DNA of 61,869 nucleotides, filler included, from 10 parts of 10 records of this genome joined end to end with filler, not necessarily neighbours in it, one strand, 5' to 3'; shown: positions 22,556 to 34,965, counted from the first letter of the whole stretch. Program-made: numbers and translations. The notes: generated from the sequence alone by a model not told the origin.

Positions 22556-23954
22556 ATGTCAGCCGAGGAAGCAGCAGCAGCAGTGGCCGAGGCGCCGGCG
22601 GCGGAGGAGTGCAGCGAGGCGGCTGCCAACCAGTCGACGGCGCACCTGGCGGCCAAGGCGGCCAGCGTGTTCAAGCTGGCCGACAAGAACGGGAACGGGC
22701 AGCTGTCAAAGCGCGAGCTCAAGGACTACCTGCACACCGACCTGGACGCGCGGGAGGTGCTGTGCGGGGGCGAGTTCAAATGGCAGGAGATCTACAAGGG
22801 GCTGGACACCGACGGGGACAAGCAGTTCTCACTGGAGGTCCGCCGGGAGCTGGGCAGCGGCTGAACCGGCGGCGCAGGAGTTCAAACAGTTCTACATCAG
22901 CGCCAGCCAGGGCGGCGCCCCGGAGGCGGGCGAGACGACACCGGCAGCGGACGATCGGGTGCTGCTTCCGGGCTGCGTTACCCCCAGCCGGTGGGTCTAG
23001 CGCTGGCGCTGCCGACCTGGCTGCGCGCAGGTACGACATTTGCCTGGACGCCGACTTTACGGCGTTCACGTTCGCCGGAGAGGAGAGCATCAGTGTGACG
23101 GTGGGCTGCGGTGGCCGGAAGGGAGGGCGAGTCGGGTTCCGGCAGGTATCGGAGACGACCAAGGAGGTGTCGCTGCACGCTCACCAAATCAGCGTCGAGA
23201 GCGTGACGTACACCGCGGAGGGCGGGTCGGCAGTGAGCCCAGAGCTGGTGATCTTCAACGCTAACCTGCAGACGGTGACGTTCGCGTTCGAGGAGGAGCT
23301 GCAGGTGCAGTTTGGTGTGGGGGCTGCTGTGTTGAGCAGGCTGGATGTCAGGTGGGCAACGGCAAGCTGGAGATCAAGTTCACTGGGATACTGAACAATG
23401 AGGTAGGGCGGACAGTGCTGTTTCGGATGGTAACTGGGTGGTCAGATGTGCGGTTTCTACCGCTCCAACTACACCGATATGGACGGCAACACCAGGGTGA
23501 TGGGTACGACTCAGTTCGAAGCACTGGATGCGCGGCGTGCATTCCCATGTTGGGACGAGCCGGCAAAGAAGGCTGTGTTCGGGATCACGCTAGTGGTGCC
23601 GGCTGGTCTGACGGCGCTGTCGAACATGCCGGAGATTGAGGCCGGAGCCATTTCGTCGACCAAGCGCAAGTTCCGGTTTGCTGACACGCCAATCGTGAGC
23701 AGCTATCTTGTGGCATTCTGCGTGGGCGAGTTTGACTATGTGCAAGATCAGACAGCACGTGGGGTGGTAGTACGAGTGTACACGCCACCTGGCAAGAACG
23801 AGCAGGGCCGGTTTGCTCTGGATGTGGCCTGTCGCACTCTGGACTTCTATGAGGACTACTTTGCGATTGAGTATCCGTTGGCTAAGCTGGACATGATCGC
23901 AATTACTGAGTTCGCGGCCGGAGCGATGGAAAACTGGGGGCTCGTGACCTATCG
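22556..23954 (+). CDS. EF-hand pair fused to an M1-family (puromycin-sensitive-like) aminopeptidase, 3'-truncated
   Basis: EF loops DKNGNGQLSKRE and DTDGDKQFSLEE; then RVLLP...P.RY, GFYRS, TQFEALDARRAFPCWDEP, SSYLVAF, GAMENWGLVTYR. Introns 22838-22877, 22991-23030, 23101-23145, 23305-23351, 23403-23445. Confidence 0.88.
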
Positions 23955-24054
23955 NNNNNNNNNNNNNNNNNNNNNNNNNNNNNNNNNNNNNNNNNNNNTT
24001 AATTAATTAANNNNNNNNNNNNNNNNNNNNNNNNNNNNNNNNNNNNNNNNNNNN
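23955..24054. other. Artificial contig-joining spacer
   Basis: 44 N + TTAATTAATTAA + 44 N. Confidence 0.99.
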
Positions 24055-24243
24055 AAGCAGCAGCAGCGACCACCGCATTCGTCGTGCGAGCCACGAGCCG
24101 ACTGGCAAAGTGCCGTTAACGTTGGATCCGTGAATGCCGGTAGCTCGACGGACTCGGGGCACCATGTGAGGACTCGGGTGAGCGCACCACGGATCCGTGC
24201 GGCAATTGACCGGCCCCGGTACAGCCCGGTACAGCGGTGTGGG

Positions 24244-27181
24244 ATGCTACGAGTTTGGCGGGCCACCCGCGATGTGCTCACAAGTGAAGGCGGAGACCTT
24301 GAGACTCTTCGGACTGCCTGCGCTCGGGCCCTTGCGACTGGAGAACTCCTAGAATCTGGCGATTCAGGTACTGTCACGACTAGCAGCTGCGCCGACGGAC
24401 GTGGATGCACCCCAGCGATGCTGGCCTGTCACGAGGGCCGCCCCGACGTGCTAGAGGTGCTGCTCCAGGTGTCACCGCGTGCATAGCCTCCTGGCTGAGA
24501 GCTGCACCAACAGACCGGGATAGGACTCGGCATAACTGATTCCACAACTACTGGCGATACCGCATTCTCGCTAGCAGTGCACGGCTGCCCGGCTGAGGGG
24601 CACCTCCGGTCCTGCGGCATTAGCCGCCTTCATAATTAGGTGGCGCAGGTGTGTAGAGCTATTGCTACAGTCGACTGGCGAAGGCATATCCAGCAATCGC
24701 CTGCGTTTGACATCTGATGGGTCAGGTGTACCCGATTTCCAGTTCCGCCCACAGCCATTTGCAGCGTCAATCATCTGTAATGTCCACAAGCAAGAGGACA
24801 CGGCTCTCGGTCGTATGGCCTGCCCCAACTGTCAGAACGTCCCATGCACTCTTGCACACCAGATGTTATTTTCGATGAGCCTCCCGGCAGTGCAGTCATT
24901 GCTGCCAATCCTAACTCTGCACCCAGATGCAGTCCACATTCTCGTTGGCGGCCTCATCGACTCATTACAGAGCCTCAAAGCAGAACAGATCCAGGTACGA
25001 ATGCCTGTTCTTCTGTGCTTTCTAGAGTCAACAGCATGTGCCCCTTGTGTAGCTGCTCATATAGCTTCAAACAGTGAATTTGTGCAAGGGTTGCTGCTCT
25101 ACGAAGCTGGTGACACGTCACTGTTAGAGCGATTCTGGTTATTTGTCAAGGAGCATCACAAGGAATACAACGACAACGAAGCATCTGAACAGAAAGCTGT
25201 ACAGATCTTTGGCGATGCTCTGCAACAGATTCCTGCATCAACGCTTGCTACGCGCATCTGCATTCTGCAAGCATTGCTTGATATCGAGCCTCTTTCAGCG
25301 ACCATTGCTCATAACTTAGTGCACACGTATAATTCAGTAGCAGGAGGCACCATACACATTTCAGAAACATTTGGGAATATGGTCTCCACTCATCTGGAAT
25401 ATTCATCAGTCGAACTTCCACTCATCTGGAATATTGTCTTACGGAGCACAGATGGATTTGAGTTGCTGCGACATAAAGCTATCATGCAAGCCCTTGTTGC
25501 AAACAACTGTGCAGAAGCAGTACAGGGTCTGCATTATTTTGCAGCGGTATTCAGTTTGTTAAGGGCCGACGGACGGGAACCATCGCCATTGAATCAGGTC
25601 GCCAGGGACACATGCCAGTCAGCTAGTACAATGTGCCAGACTCTGGACAAGTTTGTGAGAACCCTTGATCTTTTGACAGCAGTCGCACCTTTGTTTAGCT
25701 GCATTGCAGAGGGTGCTCCTGACACTCTTGCGTCATGTCCCAACTGTCAGAGTGTATGGGCATGGACAGCTGTAGTACTGGATGTAGTGCTTGACCGCCG
25801 AAATGCTGCAACTTTTGTCCAGAAGATTACACCCAATCTTCACACAATCTTGCCGAATCCTGTGCTTGGTCCCAATGGTCCCAATAACGTAATCAATCGG
25901 CGCAAAATAGAGCAGGAGTTTCGTGGTGTATTCCGGAAAGCAATCAATCGTGGGGACGTTCATTGTGTGTTGGCCCTGACCTCTCTCTTTGGATGTGACG
26001 AAGGTATAATTGATCTCATTTTCCCATTACCACATGTCAGCAGCCACTCAGTGAGTGGGAACCCGTCATGCCACCTGCTTTATAGCTTGCTTTGTGCCAA
26101 GAAGGGGTATCAGCTGTGCAAAGCAGCCTTGCAGACAAGCGACGAGCTTCTGGCAGCAGCCCTATGCGATGACTCTGAGAGCGAGTGTCGGCTGCTCATA
26201 GGTCGGCTGCTGTCAGATGCGAGCTTGCTACTGCTACTTCAAGATCACCTGAGCGTGTCTGACATGATGAAAATTGCCAGGGTCAGCAGAACATTCACTT
26301 CAGCTGCCCTGCAGCTCATTTACGGGACATTTGACCGAATGCTCAGAGGCATGCTTGCAACGAAACTGGTTGGTGAGCGCATCGTTGCATTTACAGTCCA
26401 CGAGATTGATTCCAAACACTATAATTCGAAACCAGAAGCAGAAAGGGTCTGTCTAAAGCGCTTTAAGTCGGTTGTATTCAATGCCTTCTGCACCCCAACT
26501 TTCTCAGCCTCGAGCTATCAAATCGGAGAGATCAAAACCGATAAAAAAGTGCTTCTCATGGATCCCAAGGGCACCTACAGGCAAGGGTGTGTTGGTGAAT
26601 GTGGATTGAGCCATTCAAGCCGCGGCCTGTGGAGTTGTAGTTGTGCTAGCTGGGCACCTACCAAATGGCATGAGGAGCGGATTGGGATTCGTGGAATCTG
26701 TCCTTTACATGTCATTGCCCTCTATCACGGTGAACTTCTAGAAACCTTGCTCAAAATGCGTGAGAGCTTTGATCCGCTGCAGAAACCGGGTGCTGCTACT
26801 GGTTCTTTGACACTGAAATCCGTCGAGCTTAGCCAACTGCCATCGATCCCCGTCGACCACCGTCGGTGCTTTAGTTGCGGCCGAGACGGGCATATTGCAG
26901 CTCACTGCGGTCGATTTGACACGAATGGCGTCCAGATGATGAAATACACCAGAGAGCTGCGCTCGTGTGAATTCAGTCCTCTTACCTTGATTGACATAGC
27001 ATGTGTATGCTCAGACAACAGCATGGTCCAATTACTGCTTGATTTTGGTGCGCCTCCAAGGGTTTGTGGTGCACTGAAGGATGATCTTCGCCAATCTATA
27101 GAACAAACTTTGGCCTGTCCGTTCCATGGTAGGTGCAACGGATGCCGCACTTGCACAAGCAAGGGATTTAATGCTTCATGA
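24244..27181 (+). CDS. Ankyrin-repeat protein with a CCHC zinc knuckle
   Basis: GCTPAMLACHEGRPDVLEVLLQ, then after two short introns GDTAFSLAVHG...HLRCVELLL, continuing into the 839-aa ORF. Knuckle CFSCGRDGHIAAHC at about 26866-26907; ankyrin-like TLIDIAC...MVQLLLDFGA near the C-terminus. Confidence 0.7.
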
Positions 27182-27474
27182 TCAGTTGTCCCCTAGGCGG
27201 TCGGCTACAGCCGGCTCATGCCAACAATGCTCACGAGTGCAACGTGATGAACTCGCCCCATACTCGCTCCTAACTCGCTCCAGTACACGGCAATCGGTTG
27301 AATTGTAGTTGAATTACGAGTACTTATATTTAAAATTAAACATTTCTTTCATCATAATAAAGGTCGCATTTATTATCATATCCTCATCGTACGAATCCCA
27401 CCCCACCCCAATCGGGCTCGCGTTGCCGAGCTTCGAATAACGGCAGGTTCTCGGAAGCCACAAACACACGTCCA

Positions 27475-28122
27475 ATGGCGCCGAGGGGACTCGCGTCGTT
27501 GATGATCATCAGCGTTGCCCGGGCGGCCGCCCCGGACCAGATCATCGCCGCGGCGCACTCGGCCGCGGCACGCAACCGAGCCGCTTTGCTGGGGTCGTGG
27601 CACTGGCCGAACCCGTCGCCGCCGTCGGGCTGCCCAAAGGACGACGTCTGCCACGCGAATAAGTGCAAACACTGCGGCTGTGCAGGCCGTGTGCCTTGCC
27701 CGGGCCCGGCCCCGCCGCCCGGGTATTACCCCAACTGCCCCAATCAGGTGCAGTGCGCCGGGATGCCCACGGCCCAAGTCGTTCTGTTCAACAACAACAA
27801 CAAGACGGCCATCGGGCTGGCCAACCAGTTCCTCGAAGTCAACTTCGGCAACAAGTCCTCCGACTGGTGGCGCAGCCTCGAGGGGACTAGCTGGTCAGGC
27901 CCTCCTTTGGAGAACTCCTACAACATAGCGGTGTTCACCATGTTCAATTCCCAATCTCGCTGGACCAAATCTGGCCAAGTGGCCGCGCTCTCCGCAGGGG
28001 CCGAGGCAGGGATGAAGGCCTTCTGGTTTAAATTCGTCTCCAACTGTGCTCAGTACTACCCTGGCGAGGCGCGCGGCCCGCCGCTCCGGCTCCACGATAG
28101 TGAAAACATTGACACGGTGCGG
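27475..28122 (+). CDS. Secreted hypothetical protein with Cys/Pro-rich N-terminal module, 3'-truncated
   Basis: Signal-like N-terminus, CPKDDVCHANKCKHCGC...CPNQVQC, then a globular region open up to the gap. Confidence 0.6.
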
Positions 28123-28222
28123 NNNNNNNNNNNNNNNNNNNNNNNNNNNNNNNNNNNNNNNNNNNNTTAATTAATTAANNNNNNNNNNNNNNNNNNNNNN
28201 NNNNNNNNNNNNNNNNNNNNNN
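28123..28222. other. Artificial contig-joining spacer
   Basis: 44 N + TTAATTAATTAA + 44 N. Confidence 0.99.
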
Positions 28223-28223
28223 G

Positions 28224-28559
28224 CTTTGGATGTTCTGGGAGTGCGGGTGGGCTGGAAGGCTCCTTGTGACTGCAGGGGTGCCATTGACAGGACTGATTGG
28301 GGTAGTAGCACCAGAGCTGGCCATGGTTACATACGGCTGGAGGACTCCAAGCGTCAATGTGCGAGAGCTGAAGGAGTCTCTCTTGCCTGAGGCCGACAGC
28401 AATCGGGACATTGATGTCAGCGTGGCGCTTGGCACCCATAGCAGGACCCAAGGCAGGACAAGGGCGAACACTGCATATTTCGACTTTGAAGAGGAGCCCG
28501 AGCTTGCATACCACCGGTTCGAAGCACCCACAAAGTATAGATCCACGGCCGAGTTCTGA
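28224..28559 (+). CDS. 3' end of an unidentified, possibly membrane, protein
   Basis: Frame open from the contig start, hydrophobic stretch LLVTAGVPLTGLIGVVA, stop at 28559 followed by AT-rich 3' sequence. Confidence 0.45.
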   Translation, partial: LWMFWECGWAGRLLVTAGVPLTGLIGVVAPELAMVTYGWRTPSVNVRELKESLLPEADSNRDIDVSVALGTHSRTQGRTRANTAYFDFEEEPELAYHRFEAPTKYRSTAEF

Positions 28560-28997
28560 TCAATTACAACCGATAGTAGCCGGGCCAGTCGGAGAGGAAC
28601 ATGCACAAGCGCCTCCTCTTGACCATATCTTGACCAGTCTCAACCGCGAGGGCTCTCGAAGTGGCTAATAAAAGCTATCGCTAAGAATTTTATTTGGCAT
28701 TAATGTCATGCTGTGTCATTATGATTGATACGTACCGTGTGGCTACATTTATTCAAGTCGAGTACGGTAGGTCAGCCCCACCATTGGAAATAATTGTAAT
28801 GTGATCACACTACTTACGTACATACATTGAAAATTGACATGCTTGCAGCAACCATTCGTATTCGTGCGTGATGTCTTGCGAGGGCAGGAAACATTTGAAA
28901 TGACCTGAGGCGGTGGAGCAGGTACGGGACCTAGAAGGGACCTAGTTGAAAGACCTCCAATTTTGAAAGAGCTCGACACTGAGCCTTGGTGTAATTA

Positions 28998-29779
28998 TCA
29001 CGCCTTGGCGGCAAAATCCGCCATCCAGCCGACCATCTGCTGGGCTACCTCGCCTTTCTGGCCCTTGGCGGAGGGCAGGCAGCCGTGCCCGCCCTTGGGG
29101 ACCATCTGGACTGAGGTGCTCTCGCCGCACGCGAGCCGCTGCTTTATGTCCTCCCAGAGCGCCTCGCCAGTCGGCTTGCCCGCCGGCACGTTCTTGGTGA
29201 GGTACTCGTCCTTCGCCCCGCTGATCGCGAGCACCCGGGTCCCCTCCGGCAGCTTGAGCAGCCCGTTCACCCTGTCCTCCTTGCCGTTCTCGCCTGCGGC
29301 TCCGGCTGGCCCGGCCCGGGCCCCAGCCGCCCACCGTACATCGGGAACCCAGTGAGCACCAGCCCCGGCCGGGTGGCGGTCAGCTCGTCAGCCACCACTG
29401 CCGCCGCCACCCTGTTCCCGAACGAGGCGCCTAGCAGGAACCTGCCCGGCCAGCTCGAGCCCGCGCCGCCAGCCGGGCACCAGGGCTCCGGCCCGGTCGG
29501 GCATAGCTCGCGGGCGACGGTCTTGGCGTTGTTGTTTGGATTCCAGCCGGTCCACTTGGCATCCGGCCGGACCCTCAGCTCGAACCGCTCCGAGAGCAGG
29601 GGCAGCAGCCGCTCTTTGAAATCTCGCGAGAAGTGCCCGCTCGCCCCCGGCAACATCACCAGCACCGGCTTGGCCGTGGGCTTGGCCCGCTTGCTCGACC
29701 CCTGCTCGCCCTCGGCCCCCGGCTCCGACTGCCGCTTCCCCGCCGTAAACCAGTCGCGAAGGCTCGGCTGCGTAGACAT
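28998..29779 (-). CDS. Alpha/beta hydrolase (Tex30/KANSL3-like)
   Basis: VMLPGASG, nucleophile elbow GASFG, LVLTGFPMY, AISGAKD, GGHG; introns 29442-29480 and 29294-29334. Confidence 0.78.
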
Positions 29780-29787
29780 CCCCGGGG

Positions 29788-30337
29788 ATGAGAACCAGGG
29801 GCAAATTCCGTTGCAGACCGGCCGGTGTGGTACGGCAGCTGCAGGGTGGTACGCTTGTGAGGCTGGCGGGGGAGGCCCAGCCGGGGGCGGCGTACGCGCG
29901 GCTTTACGGCCCGGGGCTGGACTATTACCTGCGCTGCCGCCAGCTGGACATCGGTGCCCGCCCGCGGGCCGGTGCTGGTGCTAGCGGCTCGCCAGGCAGG
30001 GCCCGGAAGCCGCCGGTGCCGGAGGGGCTGCTAATGCTCAATCAGGACAAGGCGATCTCGCGGCGACACGCCTCGATCTGTTGGAACGCCAGCCGGTGCC
30101 CCAGCCAGCCTCGGTGGGCGCGAGGGCGGGCAGGGGGGGCTTCATGCTGTCGGTGCACGGCAAGAACGGGGTTCAAGTTTGTCCGCCGGGCCAGCAGTCG
30201 GGGATCATCTACCCGGGCCAGCCCGAGCACCAGCTCGAGAGCCAGACCCTGGTGCGCCGCCCCAGGCTGCTCGAGGCCCGAGCCGGCGGCAGCTGCAGTT
30301 TGGGAGCCAGCAGATGGTCTTCCTGCTGGCCCGCTGA
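29788..30337 (+). CDS. Small FHA-domain protein
   Basis: AYARLYG...LDIG...KAISRRHASICWN|...FMLSVHGKNGV...L..QTL|LQFGSQQMVFLL, the FOXK/MCRS1-type FHA pattern, with short introns. Confidence 0.72.
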
Positions 30338-30631
30338 GCTCAACCGAACGCCCAGCCCCGCCCCGGGCTCATCATGCCCACGGGCCAGGCGGTCGCTCGT
30401 CTGCACCGTCGGCGTGGCGGCCAGTACCGTGCAACCAAGACTTTGGGTCGTCATACTGCAAGTCATACACGATAATTGTTGTTAGAACTACGTGTAATAA
30501 TCTATAGCTTGGTACTGACCAGCCGCCCACGCCTACCAACACGGGGGCGGCTGGTTAAGTTGCCTTAATTGAGTTCGGCTCGTGTACGTACAATCATTAA
30601 ATCAATCAATAAACCAGGTCATCGGATGCGC

Positions 30632-31237
30632 TTACTTGTCCTCCTTCTCCTGGACCATTGCCAGCATCCGGCCGTCCGGTGCCGGCCAGTCGAGCGCCAC
30701 GTGCTTCATCCCAAACTCGGCCACACCGTACCGCTCCAGGTTGGCCCCCCAGCTGCCCCGTGTGAGCAGTGGCCCAGCGCGCCCCCCGCACCCGTATTTA
30801 TGCGCCTCGACCCTGGGGGCCTCGAACTTCTCCTGTGGCATCTTAAGGCTGTCGCACAGGTGGAACTTCTTGGTGTTGCTGCCCCGGCTCAGCCCGGCCC
30901 GCCGGCGATTTACTTTGAGGCGTTGACGGTGCGGGTGAACTCGTAGCTCGGGGGCACCTTCGCCTTCTGCTTGCGCTCTAAACTGCTGCGCGGGTCCTCC
31001 ACCGTCTTCCCCCCGTGCGCCTCGGCCCACGCCTTGGCCTGCCCCACCGGCTCAGCCGGGCCGGGCCGGGCCGGCACCGAGAGGAACCCCCAGTTGGGCT
31101 CCCACTCGCGCGCCCTTTGCTCCTCCACCAGGATTCGATCGTTCCAGATGGCTGTTCCCGGTCAGCCCCCGCCCCCCGGACCCTGGCCCACCGCCCATGG
31201 CCACCATGTCATTCTTGTCGATCGTCGAGTTGGGCAT
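30632..31237 (-). CDS. Ciliary microtubule inner protein CIMIP1/C20orf85 (LLC1)-like
   Basis: Spliced MPNSTIDKNDMVAMGAIWNDRILVEEQRAREWEPNWGFLS matches the IW..R...E......W..NWGFL pattern; later PQEKFEAPRVEAHKYG. Confidence 0.65.
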
Positions 31238-31335
31238 GCTGCTCCCGCCTCCCCTTGGGTGCTATTCCTAGACAAAATCCGTTACACACAACAGTTTGGC
31301 GCCATGCAGCGACAGACTGGTGCTGCGCAGTGAGG

Positions 31336-32002
31336 ATGAGCGGCCGGGGGCGGCCCTCGGGGCACCCGCTTCTGTCGCGGGCCCACCCGGCGGTGGAGGC
31401 CAACAGCCGGCAGCTAATCGAGGCCACCGCTCGGGCTAGGGACGGCACGGCCCGGCTGCGCAGCGCGGCGGTGCGGTCCAGGCCGATTGGCGGCTGACGG
31501 GGGGGCAGGCCGGGCTGGACGCCCAGATCCGAGCGGCCGCCCTCCGGCAGGAACGGCTGCGGTCCGCGCTGAGCCAGACTCGCCGCCGGCTGCGGCCCAA
31601 GCCGCGGGCGGGCGGGTTGCTAATGATCGCGCGGGCGCTCGAGCAAGACGAGGCGGCCGGCGGGGCGGGTCCGCTGAGCCCGGAGGAGCTCGGCAAGATG
31701 CTCAGCCGGCTGGAGCCCGAACAGAAGGCGGCCGCACTCAACGCGATGGGACCCGACCGGCCGGCTGTGGCGAGCGAGACGGACGGGCGGGAGCCGGCGG
31801 CGGTGGACCAGTCTGGAGCAGAGCAGGCTGCCACGGCGGTGGTGGAGCCTGCAACAGCGGGGTTAGAGCAGACTGCTGCTGCCATGGCAGTAGAGCAGGC
31901 TACAGCAGCCCCAGAGCCTGAAGCAGCAGCAGCGACGGCGGTAGAGCAACCTGCAGCAGTGGTGGCAGAGCATGAAGCAGCAGCAGCAGCGACGGCGGTG
32001 GA
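31336..32002 (+). CDS. Hypothetical protein ending in Ala/Glu/Val-rich repeats, 3'-truncated
   Basis: MSGRGRPSGHP... with one ~40-nt intron, then repeats such as EAAAATAVEQ / EAAAAATAV running into the gap. Confidence 0.5.
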
Positions 32003-32102
32003 NNNNNNNNNNNNNNNNNNNNNNNNNNNNNNNNNNNNNNNNNNNNTTAATTAATTAANNNNNNNNNNNNNNNNNNNNNNNNNNNNNNNNNNNNNNNNNN
32101 NN
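32003..32102. other. Artificial contig-joining spacer
   Basis: 44 N + TTAATTAATTAA + 44 N. Confidence 0.99.
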
Positions 32103-34965
32103 AAACACTGACCTTTGGAGCCTGGTCTGGCCGCGTGGGCAAGCTAATCACATTCTGGACTTCCATGAGGGCAAACAGTCCCGGCAGTGCAGGCACTTTC
32201 TTGGGAGCGTACTGCTCACCAAGCACACATCGCCTTTGCATTCCGCCATCCGCGTCGGTCTCCATGTACGGCAAAGACCTAATATCAGTGCGCTTGATCC
32301 CGTTATCAAAGAAGCAGAACACGAGCCCAGCACGCGAACACCGTGAGCCCAGACCAAGCACATAGTCAAAGAACAGCGTAAATCCAGCTTCAGGGTCGTA
32401 TGGTGCGCCATGTAGCACCCCCGAGTTGTCTGCCGGCATCTGCATCGCGAGTTGCTTCTGAATCCGCGCCTCGAGCAGCTTCTTGTGCTGGTCGTCCATC
32501 CACTGCTGGTGCTCCCTATCCCGCTGCTCCGCCATGTCAGCGTCCCTCCGCTTCTTTTCCAAGTCCTTGAGCTGTTGCTCCTTTTCTAACCTGCCCCCAC
32601 AATTCATCCCCAGCTCCCCAGCCGGGCGCACTTCTCCGCTTCATACCGCAGACGGAGCATCTCCCGCTGATGCTCGCGCTGCATCTCAGCAAACGCATCC
32701 CCCACAGGTACTGCCGCTGCCTCCCCGTCGGCGCCCATAGCCGCCAGCCCGTCCAACTGACTCAACTTGGCGCTCAGCTCAACCAGCTGTCGCTGGAGCG
32801 CCTCGTCAGCTGCTGGCCTTTCGAGCTGGTCTCTCAACCGCCTGTTCTCCTCGGCCAGGTTTGCTGTGTTGATCCCCATCTGCATGCCCATCCCCATCAT
32901 CATCGGGTTCATCCCCATCCCCATTCCCATCATCCCCCACGGGTTTTGCATGCCCCATGGATTCTGCATGCCCATCCCCTGCATTGGGTTCTGATACTGT
33001 CCGCCCATTGCCGGGTGTTGCCCCCCACTGCCCCACTGCTGCTGCTGCTGCCCCATCCCCTGCTGTGATTGATAGGCGTCCTGCTCCAGCTGCTCGAACT
33101 GTGCCAGCACCTGCGCCCAGCCCCTTATCTCTCCTCCCCCGCCTGGGCAAACCTCTGGGTCGTTCCCCCCAGACTCAATATACTGCCTGCGCATCTCCTG
33201 CACTTCCCGCACCATCGGGTCGTTAGGGTCACCCCTCACTGCGCTGGCCGGCCCGCCCCGGCTCCGGCTGCGCTGGGTCCGGCTGCCCGGCCTCGCGGTC
33301 GGGGTGCCGCTATCTGACACTATCTCTTCCTCCAGCGCCTTGATCTCCGCAAGCTCCGGCACCGGCGAGCCCTCGCCCTCGGCCCCATCTGTCGCCTGCC
33401 GCCGCAGCGCCCGGGCCAACTCCAGTTTGAGTTTCTTGACCTCGGCTCGCTGAGCTGTCCGCTCTTTCGACCGCCTGTCCATCTCCTTGGATACTTGCCG
33501 GCGCGCTTCCACCTCCTCTATCTGCAACAAGCCTCAGTTGACCACTCCGCCGGCTGGCTGACCTCCTCCTCGAATCCAGGGATCAGCACGTCAGCCATCG
33601 CGTCCTTGACTCCGCCCATAACGTCCTTCAAGTCACTCACGAACATGAGCCCATGCTCGAGCTCAGCTGCATCCTCCAGCTGCCCGAGCCCAATTGGCTG
33701 CTGCTCATGCGAAGGATCATGCGAGAACGGTTCCTCAATCGCCTGAGCCGTCGGGGTGCCCATCAGCTTGCGCACCTGCCTGGACTTGGCCGCCGGCCAA
33801 GCACAGTGGCACCTCTTCCATGTCCTCCTTGGCCTCCATAATTGCTCGCTCTCGCTCCGATTCTAGGCCATCTACCAGCTTCTTACGGCGCTCGGCCGCG
33901 TCCTTGACTAGCTGCTGCTGCTTGAAGCTGCCCGTGCCGCTCCCGTTCGACACCTGCTTGGCCAGCTCGAGTGCCCGAGCGCACATATCCCCGTCTGAAC
34001 CCTTCTGGGCAGCCTCCACACGTGTCCTGCGCGCCTGCAGCTCCCCGAGCACCTTCCCGTGCTCCTGCGCCCCGGTCTGCTGGTCCGACAGCTGCCCGCT
34101 CCGCCGCTCCACCGACACCTGGTTCAGCCGCTGGGCCAGCCGCGCCTGCTCCTGCTGCTTGGCCGACTCCTTTGCTATTAGGTGCTCCTCAATTTTGGAT
34201 ATCTCAGCCATTTTGGCCTGCTGCTTCTGCTGGAGCGCCTGCATGCTCTCTTGCATCGCCTTGAGCTCCCGCTGCTTGCTCTCCTCCAGCACCTGTCCTG
34301 CCAGCTCGCCGGCCAGTGCCAGTGGCGGCGCGCCTGCAGCCGCTCGGATTCGATCATCCGGAGCTTTTCGGCGATCTTCACACGCTCGATCCGCTTCTCG
34401 ATCTCGGCCTTCTTCTCGCTCTCGATTTTGCCCTGCCCCCGCCGCTGGCCCTGGCCCGGCCCCAGCCTGGCACCTGCAGCTCGCTCACCCGGCGGGCGTC
34501 CTTGTCGACAGTGGCCCTCATCTCGTTCTGCTTGCGCTCCAGCTCACTGGCCATGTCGGCCCGGGTGGCCTTCCTGTTCTTCTCCAGCGCCTGCTGCAGC
34601 CGCTTCATCTCGATATCCCGCTGGGCGAATTTGGACCCGACCTCGTCCAGCCTGGGTGCGCACCGCTCCAGCATCGCCGCCGCCTCGTCCGAGCTGCCGG
34701 CCAGCCGCACTTCGGGCTGCTGCCCCCCTTGGGCCTGCAGCGCCCGCTTGAGCGCCTCAGGCTCGTCGAACTCGCTGCCCTGGCAGAACCGGCGCTGGTG
34801 GTTGGCCAGCATCTCTACAGCCTCCCGGTACTGCCGGGGCACCCCAGTGGCCGAGTCGTTCCGGACCGGCCAGAACCGGATGTGGCACTTGCGGCACTCG
34901 ATCACTGCCAGGTCCTCCCGCTCCGCAGCCCCAGCCTCTGCCTCCGCCTCCGCCGCCGGCTCCAT
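32103..34965 (-). CDS. CCDC17: CCDC17-like coiled-coil protein, 3'-truncated, many short introns
   Basis: N-terminal CRKCHIRF...LANHQRRFC, central YIESGGNDPEV, C-terminal APYDPEAGFTLFFDYVLGL, all recalled CCDC17 features; Met/Gly-rich low-complexity tract; GC-AG intron 34293-34333. Confidence 0.65.

Noticed and set aside
26860-26910. CCHC knuckle as evidence of a retrotransposon gag
   Set aside because: It sits inside an intron-containing ankyrin gene with no protease, RT, integrase or LTRs nearby.
32870-33065. ATCCCC-type short tandem repeats as telomeric or satellite DNA
   Set aside because: They encode the Met/Gly-rich low-complexity tract of the CCDC17-like protein on the minus strand.
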